This document shows positions 1 to 12,839 of a stretch of DNA of 64,000 nt, piece after piece (position 1 is the stretch's first letter; each line of letters begins with the position of its first letter). The notes beneath the pieces were generated by a model that worked only from the letters and a program-made list of their open reading frames with translations, made no database searches and had not been told where the DNA came from. A program made the translations under genes and the position numbers. The stretch is from the NCBI GenBank assembly GCA_002811645.1, contig PDIP01000043.1, forward strand, positions 160,934 to 224,933, read 5' to 3'. The DNA comes from Corallochytrium limacisporum Hawaii (Eukaryota; Protista; Pluriformea).

Positions 1-3000
1 TTTGTACGACTACGATGTGTTCAATGTCAAGCCAAAGTCAAAATAGTCCTTTTTTGAGAGTAGCAGGGACTCTTCGTTTGAATCAGCTATTGAAATATTT
101 GTGCATGATTGTTAAAAAGAGCAAAATATAATGAAATAGAATACAATCAATATAAATTATTATACAATCAAGATTGAAAAAGATCCTCGGGAGTCAAGTT
201 TTTCGGAGTTTTGACCCTGACATACCAGACAGAGGGTGGTACTGTCAACACCTCAGCAACGCGGCAAAACACTAGAACAAAACCATTTTCCAAAACCCCC
301 GCCTACCACAATGTCCCAAGGTGGGTTTGTGTAAGTATATGGACAACTGATATAGTGCGCCCAATACCTTTTCATTCTAGGACAGACTGAGGTGTTGTTT
401 TTGCGTCACTCGCTCACTATCGGCGTGAAGAGTGGTAGCAGAGTGGTGTTTCAAGTGCTAATACACTAGAAGAACTGAATACCAACATTGGTTCGTCACA
501 TCTCCCGTTCTCACTCCCCCGTTCCCTACGTCTTCGCTTCCACTTTCTCCTCTACGTTCCGCTGGATTAGGTCATTTCGAGATCATCCAAAACCTACGCT
601 CTCCTTGAGGTCCGGGTCCACCCACACCCGCTCCTCTTGTGTTCCTTCGAGCTGTTTGCCTTCCTCCGTATCAACGAAGTTGAGAAAAAATCCCAGACAC
701 TGCCGAAGGACTTGGAGGAACATGCAAACGGATCATTAGCTCCTCCCTTCCTCGCATGTGGCAGAAACCGAACCACAGCTACATGTGCGTTCTGGGGTTG
801 CGCAGCACGCAGACTTGGTACACAGACCACAATTCTGGATACGTACTCTTCGGTACCGGATAAGCATGCGCAAAAAGTTCACTCAGAAAAACGGACACGA
901 CGACACCAATTGTCGACGATGAGGATTGTTGCATATGAGTGTGTATCGACTGTGTTCAACCTGTTCACCGAGCTTGTGGTTGTAGTTCAGAAACTCAACG
1001 TGCATGCCACGGACATGATGCACGCTACAGCGGTTTGCGTTTTGCATCGTTGCTACTCACTTGTTCCTGACACATGCTGCTGGTTCATTCTTGTCATACG
1101 GACACCACATACATAATGTACTTACAGCTTGTCCTCCTTTGTCGCTACTTTCGCTAACGAGGAATGTCGTAAACGTCGTTTGAGGCTTTCTACATGACAT
1201 GTGTATTGTAATTTGCGGGCATGTTCGGCAAAACGCACTGGTGCAGTGAGGGCTTTGCACGATTTCAGTGCCCAACTAAAGGTCTCTACCACCGAACAGT
1301 TGTCTCCAAAAGGGCTCTGTCACTCGCACAACCAATACGACCGTATCTCTTTACCGGTGAATGCCAACCAAAAGAAGACATGAGGGAGGTATAGAAAGAA
1401 CGCTCAAAGAATACCTCCTGTGATACTGGTCTCTTTCGCAACTACTGTGTGTCTCTCTAGGTTACAGTCTTCCGAAGAAAATGCCACTACCTTTTTAATA
1501 TATCATACTGCCACTATTCAAAGTTTCATGATTCCGCTTCAAGTGACAACGATACCGAGGCAAAGGATAAGATTGTGAGAACCGGGATTCTTCGACACCG
1601 GCTCGGTTTTACTTGCATAGGAGGCAGGTCGCATAAGCCTGGATTTCCGGCAGGCTGTGTGTGGGCGGAATGCTGATGAAAGAAACTACAGAATACGTAT
1701 TGTGGTATCCCAGACACACAAAAACGATGAACAGTGCGAATAGAAGCTGGAGACGGTAAAAGCAGACAGAGAGGTTCTGTGTGCTTTCCGTCGCCAAGTT
1801 GTCTTCGGCTTCAGCGCAAAATGTTTTCTATAGAATCCCTCTTCTGCCAATCTCCCTTGACCAAAAGAAGACACTTCAGCACTGACGCGTACTAGCGCGG
1901 ACCTACGCTAGCCGCCCTACACAGCATCAGACTTACTCAGCATACCCCTAGGGCCCTGAAACGACAGAAGACAGCAAAAACTGATTGAATGGGAGAAGCA
2001 GGCACAGGGACTCAGATGGGTCTCGCGATCTCCTTCTTTCTTCATCGCTCGTCCTTTGTCCTTGGTTTCTCCTTACTCACAACTGCCTTCTCGTCCTCCC
2101 TTTGCTGCCATCTGCCTGTCTATTTTTCTCCCTCTTCACCCTTTCTCGGATCACAGATGAAGAAAAATATTTACGGTCCAAAGAATTAATGCCTTCAGCC
2201 GGTCTTTCGGCAATGCGTACCCGTAGCCTCAGCAGCGCTTCAGTAACATTTCTAAAAGGAGCCGTAGGTGCAAAAACCTATTCTATTCATTTTAGTACAA
2301 CCAAGAAGAACTGCGTACGGATTGAGATCTGTGAGTGCTCACCTGGGTCCGGCTGTTGAACAGCAACATGAGCGGCGACAGGCCGAGTCACAGCAAAAGC
2401 AAAACAAGTGGAAATGCAGTATCATTTCGATTGGATGAGGGAGGGAGATTCATTTATCCGGGTGTGTATCAACGGCGGACCCATGCAGTTGCAGCTGATT
2501 ACAATCTTTTCTGAAGATGACGCGAATGCTGTGCAGAGGGCGTAGGTGTTTCGCTTCCCTTGGATATAGATATCCAATGTTTACGTACAAGCACAAACGC
2601 CCAGCCGTCGTTCACTGTTGAAAGCCCCAGGCTGGGCTCCTTGTGCAATAACACTGCTGCAATGGGATCAATAGTTTATGACACCAAGGCAGCGGCTAGA
2701 ACAGCCTCATTGAGGTAAAGGGAGAGAGATAGTTCGAGATAGACACAAAAAGAGATCGAAAGAGGGTGTGGAGCAGAGTCGTTTTCTTTCTTTTTTTCCC
2801 TAGCTGCTGCCGGTCGCTCTCTCCAGCATATTTTCTCATCACTAGGTGACCGCGTACAGTTACGTATGTCATTATTCTTGATTTGTGGATGTCTAACTTC
2901 CTTGTTCTGAACTAAATCTCCGAGGATAAACTTTACCGTCCCTGCCAATCAGAGCCGCTTGCATGACCTCCAACTGTTAGGGAGGTGACCAGAAAGACAG

Positions 3001-6000
3001 GAGGAGGGGTTCGGTTACAACCGAGTCCCTTCCAAATCCAAGATCCTATTAGTATTGTCACATCAATCAACTTGCCGCACCCATGATTGTGACTTTTAAT
3101 GGAATGAAGATTGGAGCTGGAAAATCTCCGTGGGGTTCCTTTCCTCTGCTACGAAAAGCAGATTTTTTTACTATCGCTTTTGAGCACACTGAACACCGAA
3201 GAGAAGCGACCGGCCAATCTTTCTCCATACATATTTCGTGGTAACACCTTACACTAGGGCCGTTAGAATTTGGAGTCTTACCTCAGATCCATTCTCAGAA
3301 TATGGAACTCTTATACATAATATATTGGGCAATATACAGTTAGATCCTCCAAATTTAAGAACTTTCCACGACAGACTTCGTGTGCTGGCAAAAACGGTGA
3401 GTGTAGCGTGGATTCTTTCTCGCCAACGACCTTGGAATTCACGCCTGGATGTATTCACCCGCTCACTACGGTCACGGGGTAGTAGCACCGGGGGATGTCC
3501 GAACACGACACCGGCGTCACTAGTTTCTCTCATGATGTGAACCGGAACAAAGTCAAGAACTGATTCTCGTCCTTGCTGTTTCGTCCGCCTACTACTCTAT
3601 GGTGCAATGTCACAGACTTCTACTTTGGGCATAGTGAAACTGTAGAGAGTGTTCACGAGCATGGCAACATGTGAACTAAAATGTACACCATACCGGCTTC
3701 TCTCACTCTTGACATGGCTTGGCTTTCCTCGTAAACATGTGCGGTGTAGCGAATGCATGAGTCATATGGAACAATGCCGCTCCGCAACACAGTTGTTGAA
3801 AGGACAAGGAGTCTGTCAGCTAGCTAATGGTTATACGGTTTCCGTTCATACCCCAACGCCAAAGTTTTCGACAACCGCGAAGTATGTGTCGGACTGGGGC
3901 CGCTATGTCTCGAGACTTTTATTAAGGCTCACCAACCGTGGCGCTACTTCAAATCGCCGTACTGGACCAAAGGAACCCTATGAGATAATGCAGACAAAAT
4001 CGCCTATGCACAGACACAGTTCCAATCTCACAACTGTAGTGTAATCTATATAGTAAAGATACGGAATTCCACAAGCGACTGCGGGAGATTTTGTGATTTG
4101 ATGTATAAACTTTTAATTGAAGGGTATCGATCTGGTGCACATCAAAGGGGCGCGACCGTCCTCCGTTTTTCTTCCGATGGTAGGAACGACCGAGGATTTC
4201 TGTTGCTTCCTCCTTGTCCTGTACCGCCACATATATGTATAATGAAGGTATTGAAATGAGCGACCGGAAGGGCATAGCTCTGCGAATTCGGACACCTTGA
4301 TCGGGAGCCTTAATAGAGTGGGGCACTTGCCTACTATGCACCTGTGGCCCCACTGTTGTCGTTGTTGGGTTGGAGGGGAGTTATGTGAACGAACCTTTTG
4401 GTCCGTCCAGCCGGCTCAATGTGGCTCGTATTTTCCCGCTTCTACTCTACCGCCTTTAACTACTGTCAGCATCTAGTTGTCCCCCACCCTGAAGCAAATT
4501 CAGAGGAACTTGCAAATTTCTGCGTCTGGTGTCTTCCTTTGTTGTTTCTTCATTTCATCTTGGGTTCTTCTTGACATCGCGTCATCGTCCACTACATACA
4601 TGCGTGCACACTATCCTATACGGCTATAGCCAATATGGAGTCCCTCCCCCTTTGTACAAACATTGATTTCACAGAACCATCTCGTTTAAGACAGGCATCC
4701 CAAGCAAAGGGAAGTTGGAGTGGATCGAACCTCCACTCGAGTGGGGAGGTATGGCAACTGTCACAATGGCTGGTGAAGGCGCCACATGCAGTCTACCCCA
4801 AAGGGTTGGCACTTTTTGTAGCCGATCAATGCCTGACCTTTCATTGCGGTTTTTGCGACAGACACCGTGTGTTGCACTGAGAGACTGTGAGATACTTTCC
4901 GGTCTCCTTACCCGTGCCTGTCTCTGCCGGTTCATTGACCAAAAGGGTTATGTAAATACACAGGAATGAGTATATTAGCCCGTCGGATGCAATTGTGTAT
5001 GTTGAAGAAAGGGCGCGTTGTGCCGTTGACCCCCCTTTCCTTTGTCACGGACCGGTGCTTCAGGATAAAAACTATGGAAATACATTGGAATAGGGGGATC
5101 AGGCCCGTCGGATGCAAAAGGCCTGTATACAAAATATACTGGAAATCACCTTCCGGTGCTTGTGGTTTTCTGTTTTCTTTTGGATTATGTGTTCCTTTCC
5201 ACTGTGTTACCAGCGATCGGAAAAAAATCAGAGAAGAACACTAGATCAAACCCACACATCATGGCCATACCGACGGGGTATTCCCGTTCCAATTATCATC
5301 GTCATTGATCATCCATAACCATCCAAAGCTTGGGGGTTCTAGAACTGAGACGACTTCTTCCGTCTCTACGAAGGTGATCGAGGAAAGCACAACAGAGCTG
5401 CATCGTGGTGACCCGAATGAGAAAGCAGCTATACAACTAGTGTGGAGCTCTCTACCCGATATATTTTGTAGCAAGGCCTTACGGGGGTTTGCCGTTGCTG
5501 CTCATCGTATTCAATACGTAGAGATCAAAGGGGTTCTTCTTGCCTATGCCCAAAGCTAGTATACAAATTTGTTCACATCAGAGCCGCGTCAGCAGAATCG
5601 TGCGAGGGAGTATACTGTTGAGTATACAAAACACTGGAAAAATTTCTTCTGCTCTCCCAGCAGTTTGCAACGCCCACCATGAAAAGCTCCTTGACCCCCT
5701 GTTGCACCGCGACTCCCTGACATAATGACCCATAGAACCACTGTTGCAGGACGGACGGTGGTGCGCCTGGGCGATTCGTGGTGAGATCTCAAGGTTCCGA
5801 AATGGAGGCCGAAAGGACTCCACACCACTAGTGGGCATACCACTGCCCGACGATGACTGTTCATTCGCGAATCGCAGTTTGTATTTTTTTTCAAGGTTGT
5901 CTCCTGCCTCGCCTACATAACTCTTGCTGTCTCCCGCCTGCGCTGGCAGCTCCCCTGTCTCTTGCTCTTTCTTATGCATTGTCAGCCTGATTTTCATCCC

Positions 6001-8190
6001 ATGTCACCGATAGCATAGGAATTTCGCATTTTTTGACTCTCTGACTCCGAAATGAAACCCAGTAGAATACTTCGTACCGCTCGATAGGCAGGGTAACGAC
6101 AAACAGCAGAACACGGACAGAGCAGGCAAGCCTTAGTGTTTCCATCACAGCGCGGACCCGCAAAGAAAGGGCCTGTCACATTGTTTTCGGTGTAGCCTTT
6201 CTTACACCAATCACACCCAGAAACGGACGCACAGAACTTTTGCTGTGCGACTCCGCCCTTTGCGTCTTCGTTCCAAACATTGTCCAAATGACACTCCTGC
6301 GCATCTGAACTCTTTCCCAAGTGGATGTCTGAGTTGAGAAGGTCGTGGAAACATGAGGGATGGTGCTGCACAGAGTGTGCGAGATTGATGATTGTATCAC
6401 GAAGACTATCAGATGGATATAGGTCCTGTTTATACGCTTGAGTAACTTCTCAGTACTTATATAGGTAAACAGTCAAGATAAAAATTGTATATCTGTCCAT
6501 TGAAATGAAGCCAGGACGGAGCAACCGTGCTAAACTAGAATTCCCAGACTGGGGAATGATCCGTTGAACAGGGTCAGAAGTCACAGAGTAAGTGCATGCT
6601 CGACCATCAACACAAAAGATGGGTATATATATTCATGACATCTTGCTCCGTTTTGGAATCATAGAATCTAGGTACCTATCTACCGTACCCCAGAACCCCA
6701 CGAACGTCTCCGCTTTTGCACCGTGTGCTATGGAGCGATGAATGGTTGTTATCAATTTTAAATCCATTAATTTAATATGTTTCCTTTCGCCCTTTTGCCT
6801 TTTCTTAGCTATGGTTGAGAAATTAGTAACCACCTCCGACAAGAAGCGGTAATCTGGCTTGGTGCCTACGTTGTAAACACATAGTTCCTCTATGCCTACT
6901 GCTTTTTTTACATTCCCTATTTACGTCAGATCCATTCCAATATATTTTATATGGACACACTGTTTACTTCTCATCAGTTCTTCTGTGTTCTCTGTTCGTT
7001 GTGAGGGAAGGGGATCGGCGTAGGTGAGAGAAAAGACTGCGGACATGTCGAAGGACTGCGCAGTGCACATGGGTGACACTTTGCCTGTGTGCCTTTGTGT
7101 TCATTGATCAAGATATTACTAGTGTAGTCCATTCATCGGTACTAGCAAAGGAAGAGTAGTACTACCATAAGCCCCCTTTCATTAACTGGTCTCTTTGCAC
7201 ACTACCGCTACCAAAAAAACCTTATGTACCGCGAAGACTTTGGCTCCTTTACGGATCATACCCACACACACACACATATGCACATGCATCCTGGAACTTT
7301 GGGACGTTAGTGTCAAAATATAGCTTGGGTAGTTATCCGTTGTTCAACATAACAAAACATTGGAAATGAAGGTTGGCGCAGGAAAAATGCGAGCTCACAG
7401 GGTTCCAAGAAAATAAGGTACCTTGAACAAAGATTTCTACGTTGCGGTAGAAACTTCCTTATTCCTCGGCCTGCTCATCGTTTCTATCCCTTTTACCTAA
7501 GTATATTTGCAGGGGCAATTAACTGTGTGGTAGTATCGACACGAGAGTACGAGACAGACAGAGAAAGGAAAGAAAAATTTGACTACAACGGAGCCGGGGT
7601 GGGACAAATAGGCGAGAGAATTCAGACACTCACCCATCCGACGCTTTAGCAGGAAAAAGCTAGGTTTTGCTATAGCTGCCGGGGGCAAACGAGGGTAATT
7701 TACTGTAATTCGATCGAGCAAGAAGAGTCCGACAACTCCTTATGCCAGACCGTGGTTGGCTAGCCCGTTTAGTACGGGTTTTCGGCTGTAGAGAGCCAGA
7801 ACAGCAGCGCACACCGACGCGTCAGAGATGGCCGACTCACTCGCTCAAGATGGACCAAGCGAAGGAAAGGAGGGGGGGAAAGGGGGAGAGGAAGGAGGGG
7901 GGGCACCAATCGGGCAGCGGCGGGGTCCACCATCAAGTGACAGAGGAGCCAAGAAGCCCGAACGATCAATAGTGGACGAATCAAAGGTGAAGCGGTCGTG
8001 CATGGCTTTTATAAAGGTTAGCATCGCGATTTATCCCAAATGGCGAGGAAGGGAGAAAAGACCGAGTGAGAGTGGCTCCGACAATGGGGCGCACCACAGA
8101 ACGCACAGTTCCAAACGGGGGCAGAGAGGGAGTGCAGCGGGGCGGGCTAGGCGGACGAGAAAAAGGAAAGAGAAGGGAGGGAAGGAGGGG

Positions 8191-8427
8191 NNNNNNNNNN
8201 NNNNNNNNNNNNNNNNNNNNNNNNNNNNNNNNNNNNNNNNNNNNNNNNNNNNNNNNNNNNNNNNNNNNNNNNNNNNNNNNNNNNNNNNNNNNNNNNNNNN
8301 NNNNNNNNNNNNNNNNNNNNNNNNNNNNNNNNNNNNNNNNNNNNNNNNNNNNNNNNNNNNNNNNNNNNNNNNNNNNNNNNNNNNNNNNNNNNNNNNNNNN
8401 NNNNNNNNNNNNNNNNNNNNNNNNNNN
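8191..8427. other. Assembly gap (N run) flanked by G-runs
   Basis: N run with G-tracts on both sides. Confidence 0.99.
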
Positions 8428-9055
8428 GGGGGGGGAGGGATGGGCGTACGTATACGGCGCAGTGTACTTTCCGCGCAACGCGGGGAAGGGGGGAGGCACA
8501 GCAGAAAGGTGCTGATAAGGGGAACCCCCAGAGGCGAAGGGTGTGCAGGAAAGGGAAAGGGAAAAGAGAGGGAGAGTCGGAGAAGGAATCGTGGGTTCCC
8601 TTTGGCTCGCAAACTGTAACCTCCCTCCCGTATGCTTCTGCGTGCTGGACACGCTGAACGACTAATGCTAGTGAGAAAAATACGAGGCTCACCCGAGAAC
8701 GACCTGCAGCCAAAAAAAGATTGCAAACGGAGGGAGGGGAAAAGACGCTGAGGCACCCTAGGTTTCTATACTCAAATAACCAAATCGAACGATGGCGGAA
8801 AGTAGAGGGATAGCAGAACCTAGGAACAAAAGGGCGGGGTGTGTTTTTCTCTCTTTTGGGCGCTTCTTTTTTTTTTTTTTTTCGGGGCGGCAAAAAGTGC
8901 AGAGGGAAAGACGTTTTGGTCGGCGTACTTTTACTGCAGAGACTGTAAGAGCGTCTCGTTCTCAAAGAGTGGGAGGGAGGGGGAGGGGGGGGGGAAGCAT
9001 GCGTCTTCTGCCTTCGGCTGTGTTGGAACCCGGGGTGTGTCATGGGGGAAGAGAG

Positions 9056-9241
9056 GTAAGAAGTCCCCTCGTCGAACGGTCCACACCTGAACACTTTGAT
9101 TCTTGCACACACTTACTTTTCTTTTTGTTGTCTGCATACCACCAAGTTTTGAATCAAAAAATAGGGGAAAGATACATGTATCCATTCTTATGCTTGGTTC
9201 CTTGTCGTCGTTTGACACCTTCCATTCTCACTTCTTCCTAG
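9056..9241 (+). other. Predicted 5'-UTR intron 1 of Runx
   Basis: AG|GTAAGA donor and a long pyrimidine tract ccttccattctcacttcttccTAG. Confidence 0.6.
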
Positions 9242-9414
9242 GGAAAACAATCTGACAAATGATCGTCATGAGATCGTATTTCAATTCTGTCACCTTTCCG
9301 TACTCTCCAGTTGACGTACTTAGAGATGTAATGCGATCTCAGCTGTGATCTTACGATCATAGAAAAGAACTACAGCGAAGAACAAGAAGACAACGAAGAG
9401 TAAATACGAAGAAG

Positions 9415-9487
9415 GTACCTATGTTGGTCCACGGATAACGATAGTCAGTTGGTTCACCAAAAAACAGCAACTATTTTCCGCCTACAG
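9415..9487 (+). other. Predicted last 5'-UTR intron of Runx
   Basis: AAG|GTACCT ... ttttccgcctaCAG|agcATG (73 nt). Confidence 0.6.
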
Positions 9488-9490
9488 AGC

Positions 9491-11476
9491 ATGCAGTTTG
9501 ATCCCTCGCACCGCCCCGGGGCGCGTTTGGGAATGTTCGGCGCTGACCGAGGCAACCCGGAGGAAGACATTGTCCGCACGGACAACCCAAAGTTTTGCTG
9601 CACAAAGCTGCCCAAGCATTGGCGGTGCAATAAGTCGTTCCCTACGCCTTTCCAGGTGTACAGCACAGCCCCAATTCCCGATGACACAAAGGTGGAAATT
9701 GTGGCCTATAACGACACATGCCCCTCTGCAACCGTAAAGAATAACGTATCCACGTTTCAGGATAATGTAGCAGCTTTCCATGATTTCCGCATTCTTGGAC
9801 GGAGCGGTCGTGGAAAGAGTTTGGACATCAAGTTGAAAATTGGACGGGAGGAAGCAGTTATTAAGAACGCCATTAAGATCACTGCCGACGGTCCCCGTGA
9901 GCCGCGTAAGCGTCGCCAGGTTGATCGTATGGAACGCCGTCTAAGTGGTTTCGGTCAGATGGACGAGCACGGTATGGTTCATGGCGGTATGACCGAGGAT
10001 TCTATGATGGCCTCGGACCACTTCCGCATGGGCTCACTGCCGTACCAGGACCGGAGTCGTATGGGACACATGAAGGGGCCTGTAAAGGGCGACCACATTG
10101 ATGCCCTCGACATCTACGGTGCCTTCGCCATGCCCCAAGCTGGATTCAGCACCGCAGACAGGAGACGAAACTTCAAGTCTGCCATGTCTATGCCCGCTGG
10201 TTCGGAAGCATTCCAGACACAACTCAATGCAGCAGACCCTCTGGGTGGATTGGGTAACAGGGCAGACTCTGGTCTGGACTTCAATGGTAATGCCATGAAC
10301 GCGGAAGAATCAAAGACAAGCGGAACAAACAGTGGACTTGATGACATCCTTGGGAGCGCATCCACGGGCGCAGCACGCCCGGAGTCAGCATCTCCTCCTC
10401 GCCCAACTATGAAGCCCGTACTCAACCGTGGTATTTCTATCCCTCATGGTATGCCCATCAATGAGCCCGTGCTGGCTCCGGAGAGCATTCAAATGGCAGC
10501 AATCTTCCCTAACCAGGGTCCCGTCGGCCAGCAGGTCACGGTTATCGTGTCCGGTGCACCACTGGCCCTGCTCATAGTCGACTCTGCCCTGGCTGGCGGC
10601 ATTGTCATCAACTCGAACGTTGTCCACTGCGACAATGTGACTGTGCGCCCCAACGGTATTGTTAGCTTCCAGGTGAACATGCCAGAGAAGGAATCATATA
10701 TTACGGGCGACTCAGTGAAGGTCAGTGCTTTCCTGCGCCGAGGCAACCAGCTCATGCAGACGGTCAACTCTATGAACTTCACCTACCTGTCTCAGGCACA
10801 GATGGAAGAGAAGGCTAAGGCCACTCCCCAGGAAGATGTCATGGGTTCTCCTAAGCTTGATGAGAACGGTATTGATATCAAGACAATGCACACAGTCATG
10901 TTGCGTCTTCACTTGAAGCACCAGCAGGCCCAGATCAAGCACCTTGGCACGAACCAGAACGTCCAAAACCGTCTCTCACACATCCGGAACTTCGAGTCAA
11001 AACTGTACATGCGCAGTGCCCCAGCATTGACTGAGCTGGGACGGATGAAGACTTTGCCTGCCATCGATGCCAACACAGCTAAGGAGCGCAGCCTTGGCCT
11101 GACCGCCCTGCACATTAGTGCAGAGTTTGGCTGGACCAAGTTTGCGGAGCACCTCGTCAACGCCGGTGCTGATGTGAACCAGAAGGATAGCCTGGGCAAC
11201 AGTGCTCTGGATTGGGCATTCATGAGCGATCAGCAGGAAGTGTACCATCTGCTGGCCGGTCGTGGTGCGCAGCATAACACTTTTGCCTCCGAGATGGATG
11301 ATCTCGGCTACAGTCTGGGAGGCATGCATGTGCAGCGTGGTCTTCCGGATGATGCCAATCCACAGGGTCCCGCACAGGCTGTATCCTCCGGACAAATTCC
11401 GTTTGAGTTGCAGCAAGCGTTGTACGAGGATGTGATGCCGGAATCTAGCCCTCCATTGGAGACTGGATCCAACTAG
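9491..11476 (+). CDS. RUNX: Runx-family transcription factor (Runt domain + IPT/TIG-like domain + 2 ankyrin repeats), 661 aa
   Basis: Runt motifs VRTDNPKFCCTKLPKHWRCNKS, YND, FHDFRILGRSGRGKS and IKITADGPREPRKRR. IPT-like IFPNQGPVGQQVTVIVSG...NFTY. Ankyrin GLTALHISAEFG..LVNAGADVNQKDSLGNSALDWA. First ATG is 9491, directly after a CAG acceptor (the ORF-track start is TTG). Confidence 0.95.
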   Translation: MQFDPSHRPGARLGMFGADRGNPEEDIVRTDNPKFCCTKLPKHWRCNKSFPTPFQVYSTAPIPDDTKVEIVAYNDTCPSATVKNNVSTFQDNVAAFHDFRILGRSGRGKSLDIKLKIGREEAVIKNAIKITADGPREPRKRRQVDRMERRLSGFGQMDEHGMVHGGMTEDSMMASDHFRMGSLPYQDRSRMGHMKGPVKGDHIDALDIYGAFAMPQAGFSTADRRRNFKSAMSMPAGSEAFQTQLNAADPLGGLGNRADSGLDFNGNAMNAEESKTSGTNSGLDDILGSASTGAARPESASPPRPTMKPVLNRGISIPHGMPINEPVLAPESIQMAAIFPNQGPVGQQVTVIVSGAPLALLIVDSALAGGIVINSNVVHCDNVTVRPNGIVSFQVNMPEKESYITGDSVKVSAFLRRGNQLMQTVNSMNFTYLSQAQMEEKAKATPQEDVMGSPKLDENGIDIKTMHTVMLRLHLKHQQAQIKHLGTNQNVQNRLSHIRNFESKLYMRSAPALTELGRMKTLPAIDANTAKERSLGLTALHISAEFGWTKFAEHLVNAGADVNQKDSLGNSALDWAFMSDQQEVYHLLAGRGAQHNTFASEMDDLGYSLGGMHVQRGLPDDANPQGPAQAVSSGQIPFELQQALYEDVMPESSPPLETGSN

Positions 11477-12839
11477 GCATCGCCTGTACAATGTCACATT
11501 TGGTAGAATTTATCTACCGAAAATTCCACCACCCCACAACATACGTACAAAACTACCAACATTCGTTCTTTTTTCCCCCAACATAACATTTTCATTACAT
11601 GACATTCCACTACAATCAACAGTAAAATTTGAATGGTTATTTTTTTGCTACCCTGAGTCGCAGCCCCTCTTTGGGTCCCGTGCAGTGCAATTTTGCGGCT
11701 CCAACAATAACGAAGCCCACGAGACGGACCGCCACTGGGCACAGTCAAGTTCTCCTTTTGGTTTTCTTTGTGGCTTATCGATGAGTGCCGTGAACACACG
11801 TATTTCCGGGGGACGGTCCAGTCACTGCTAACAACCACCCATACAGGCCCCGTACGTCAGCGTTAGGGCGAATCACTGGTGGGACAAGGCGAAAACCCAG
11901 GGGAAGGAGTGCGTTAGCACCCAAACGGCCGTTTACCGAAACCACCGTAATAAGGAAGAAATAACAAACCATGCAACTGTCCTGGGGCCGGTTTTTCTTC
12001 ATAGTTTCCTTGCCCTCTCCTCTCGAACTGGTCCTGCGTGCTTGGAGCAAGGGCTCTCTCCCCCTCACCGTCCCCCTCCCCCTCCCCTCCTTCCCCACAC
12101 AACCACAACTCCGACAACGTTTCCTGCTGTGTGTGTGTACAGTTCTCTCCCATTCTGCCAAAACCATTACGCTGCCCCTGTTGAAACTCTCTTTCGCCGT
12201 GTTTTGAGCACACTCCGGTCCTGGGTGCTGTCCCCGGACCACCCTCCGTCTGTGCGACCTTAAGGTTTAGTGCTGCCGTTGGCATAATGAATAAACCGCA
12301 GGAAAATCCGGTTTTACCTTTCCTCACGTTTTCAGCAGAACACTGGTATGCGAAGTGAGGATGAAGAAATTTTTTATCTCACAGAGCAACTGCCGCCACC
12401 GCCTCGTTGTCGCTGTTTCTCCGTAAATGAAAGGGTCACAGTAGCTGTAAGTGCACACTGTGCGGTCGACGACTGTATAATCAGGATACTTTAGGGTCGT
12501 TTGGCTAATGGATTCTTTCGCAGCTCTCCGGCTTATCATTCTCACCCTACCCTCCCCCTTAGCCCTGCTGCACACAATGTGTTCAGTAAAAACCACAGCG
12601 GCCGCCACACTTGCTGGTTTACACACAGTTGCTACCAATACTGTGTACAGCAGGCAGAGAAATAGGGTCTGCTGGGCCCCCGAAAGCGAGAAACACATGT
12701 ACACCACATCCATACGCACATGCACACACACGAAACGGCCGTAAGTTGTCGGTACCACGATAGGGCTATGCACACCGCAAAGCACACTGGGCTGGGCTGG
12801 CCAATTCTCACCCCGCCCCCCTCCTTCCCGTCCCCCCCC

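Noticed and set aside
4700-4745. GGTTCGATCC (tRNA T-loop/B-box-like) on minus strand; similar GGTTCGAA near 62025
   Set aside because: No T-stem pairing or cloverleaf can be built.
300-8100. Runx consensus sites (TGYGGT/ACCRCA) upstream of Runx
   Set aside because: About 9-10 scattered hits in 8 kb is close to chance expectation for a degenerate hexamer on two strands.
11660-11705. ATTGCACT (U1 loop II-like) on minus strand / AATTTTG Sm-like site
   Set aside because: No ATACTTACC 5' end or U1 stem architecture.
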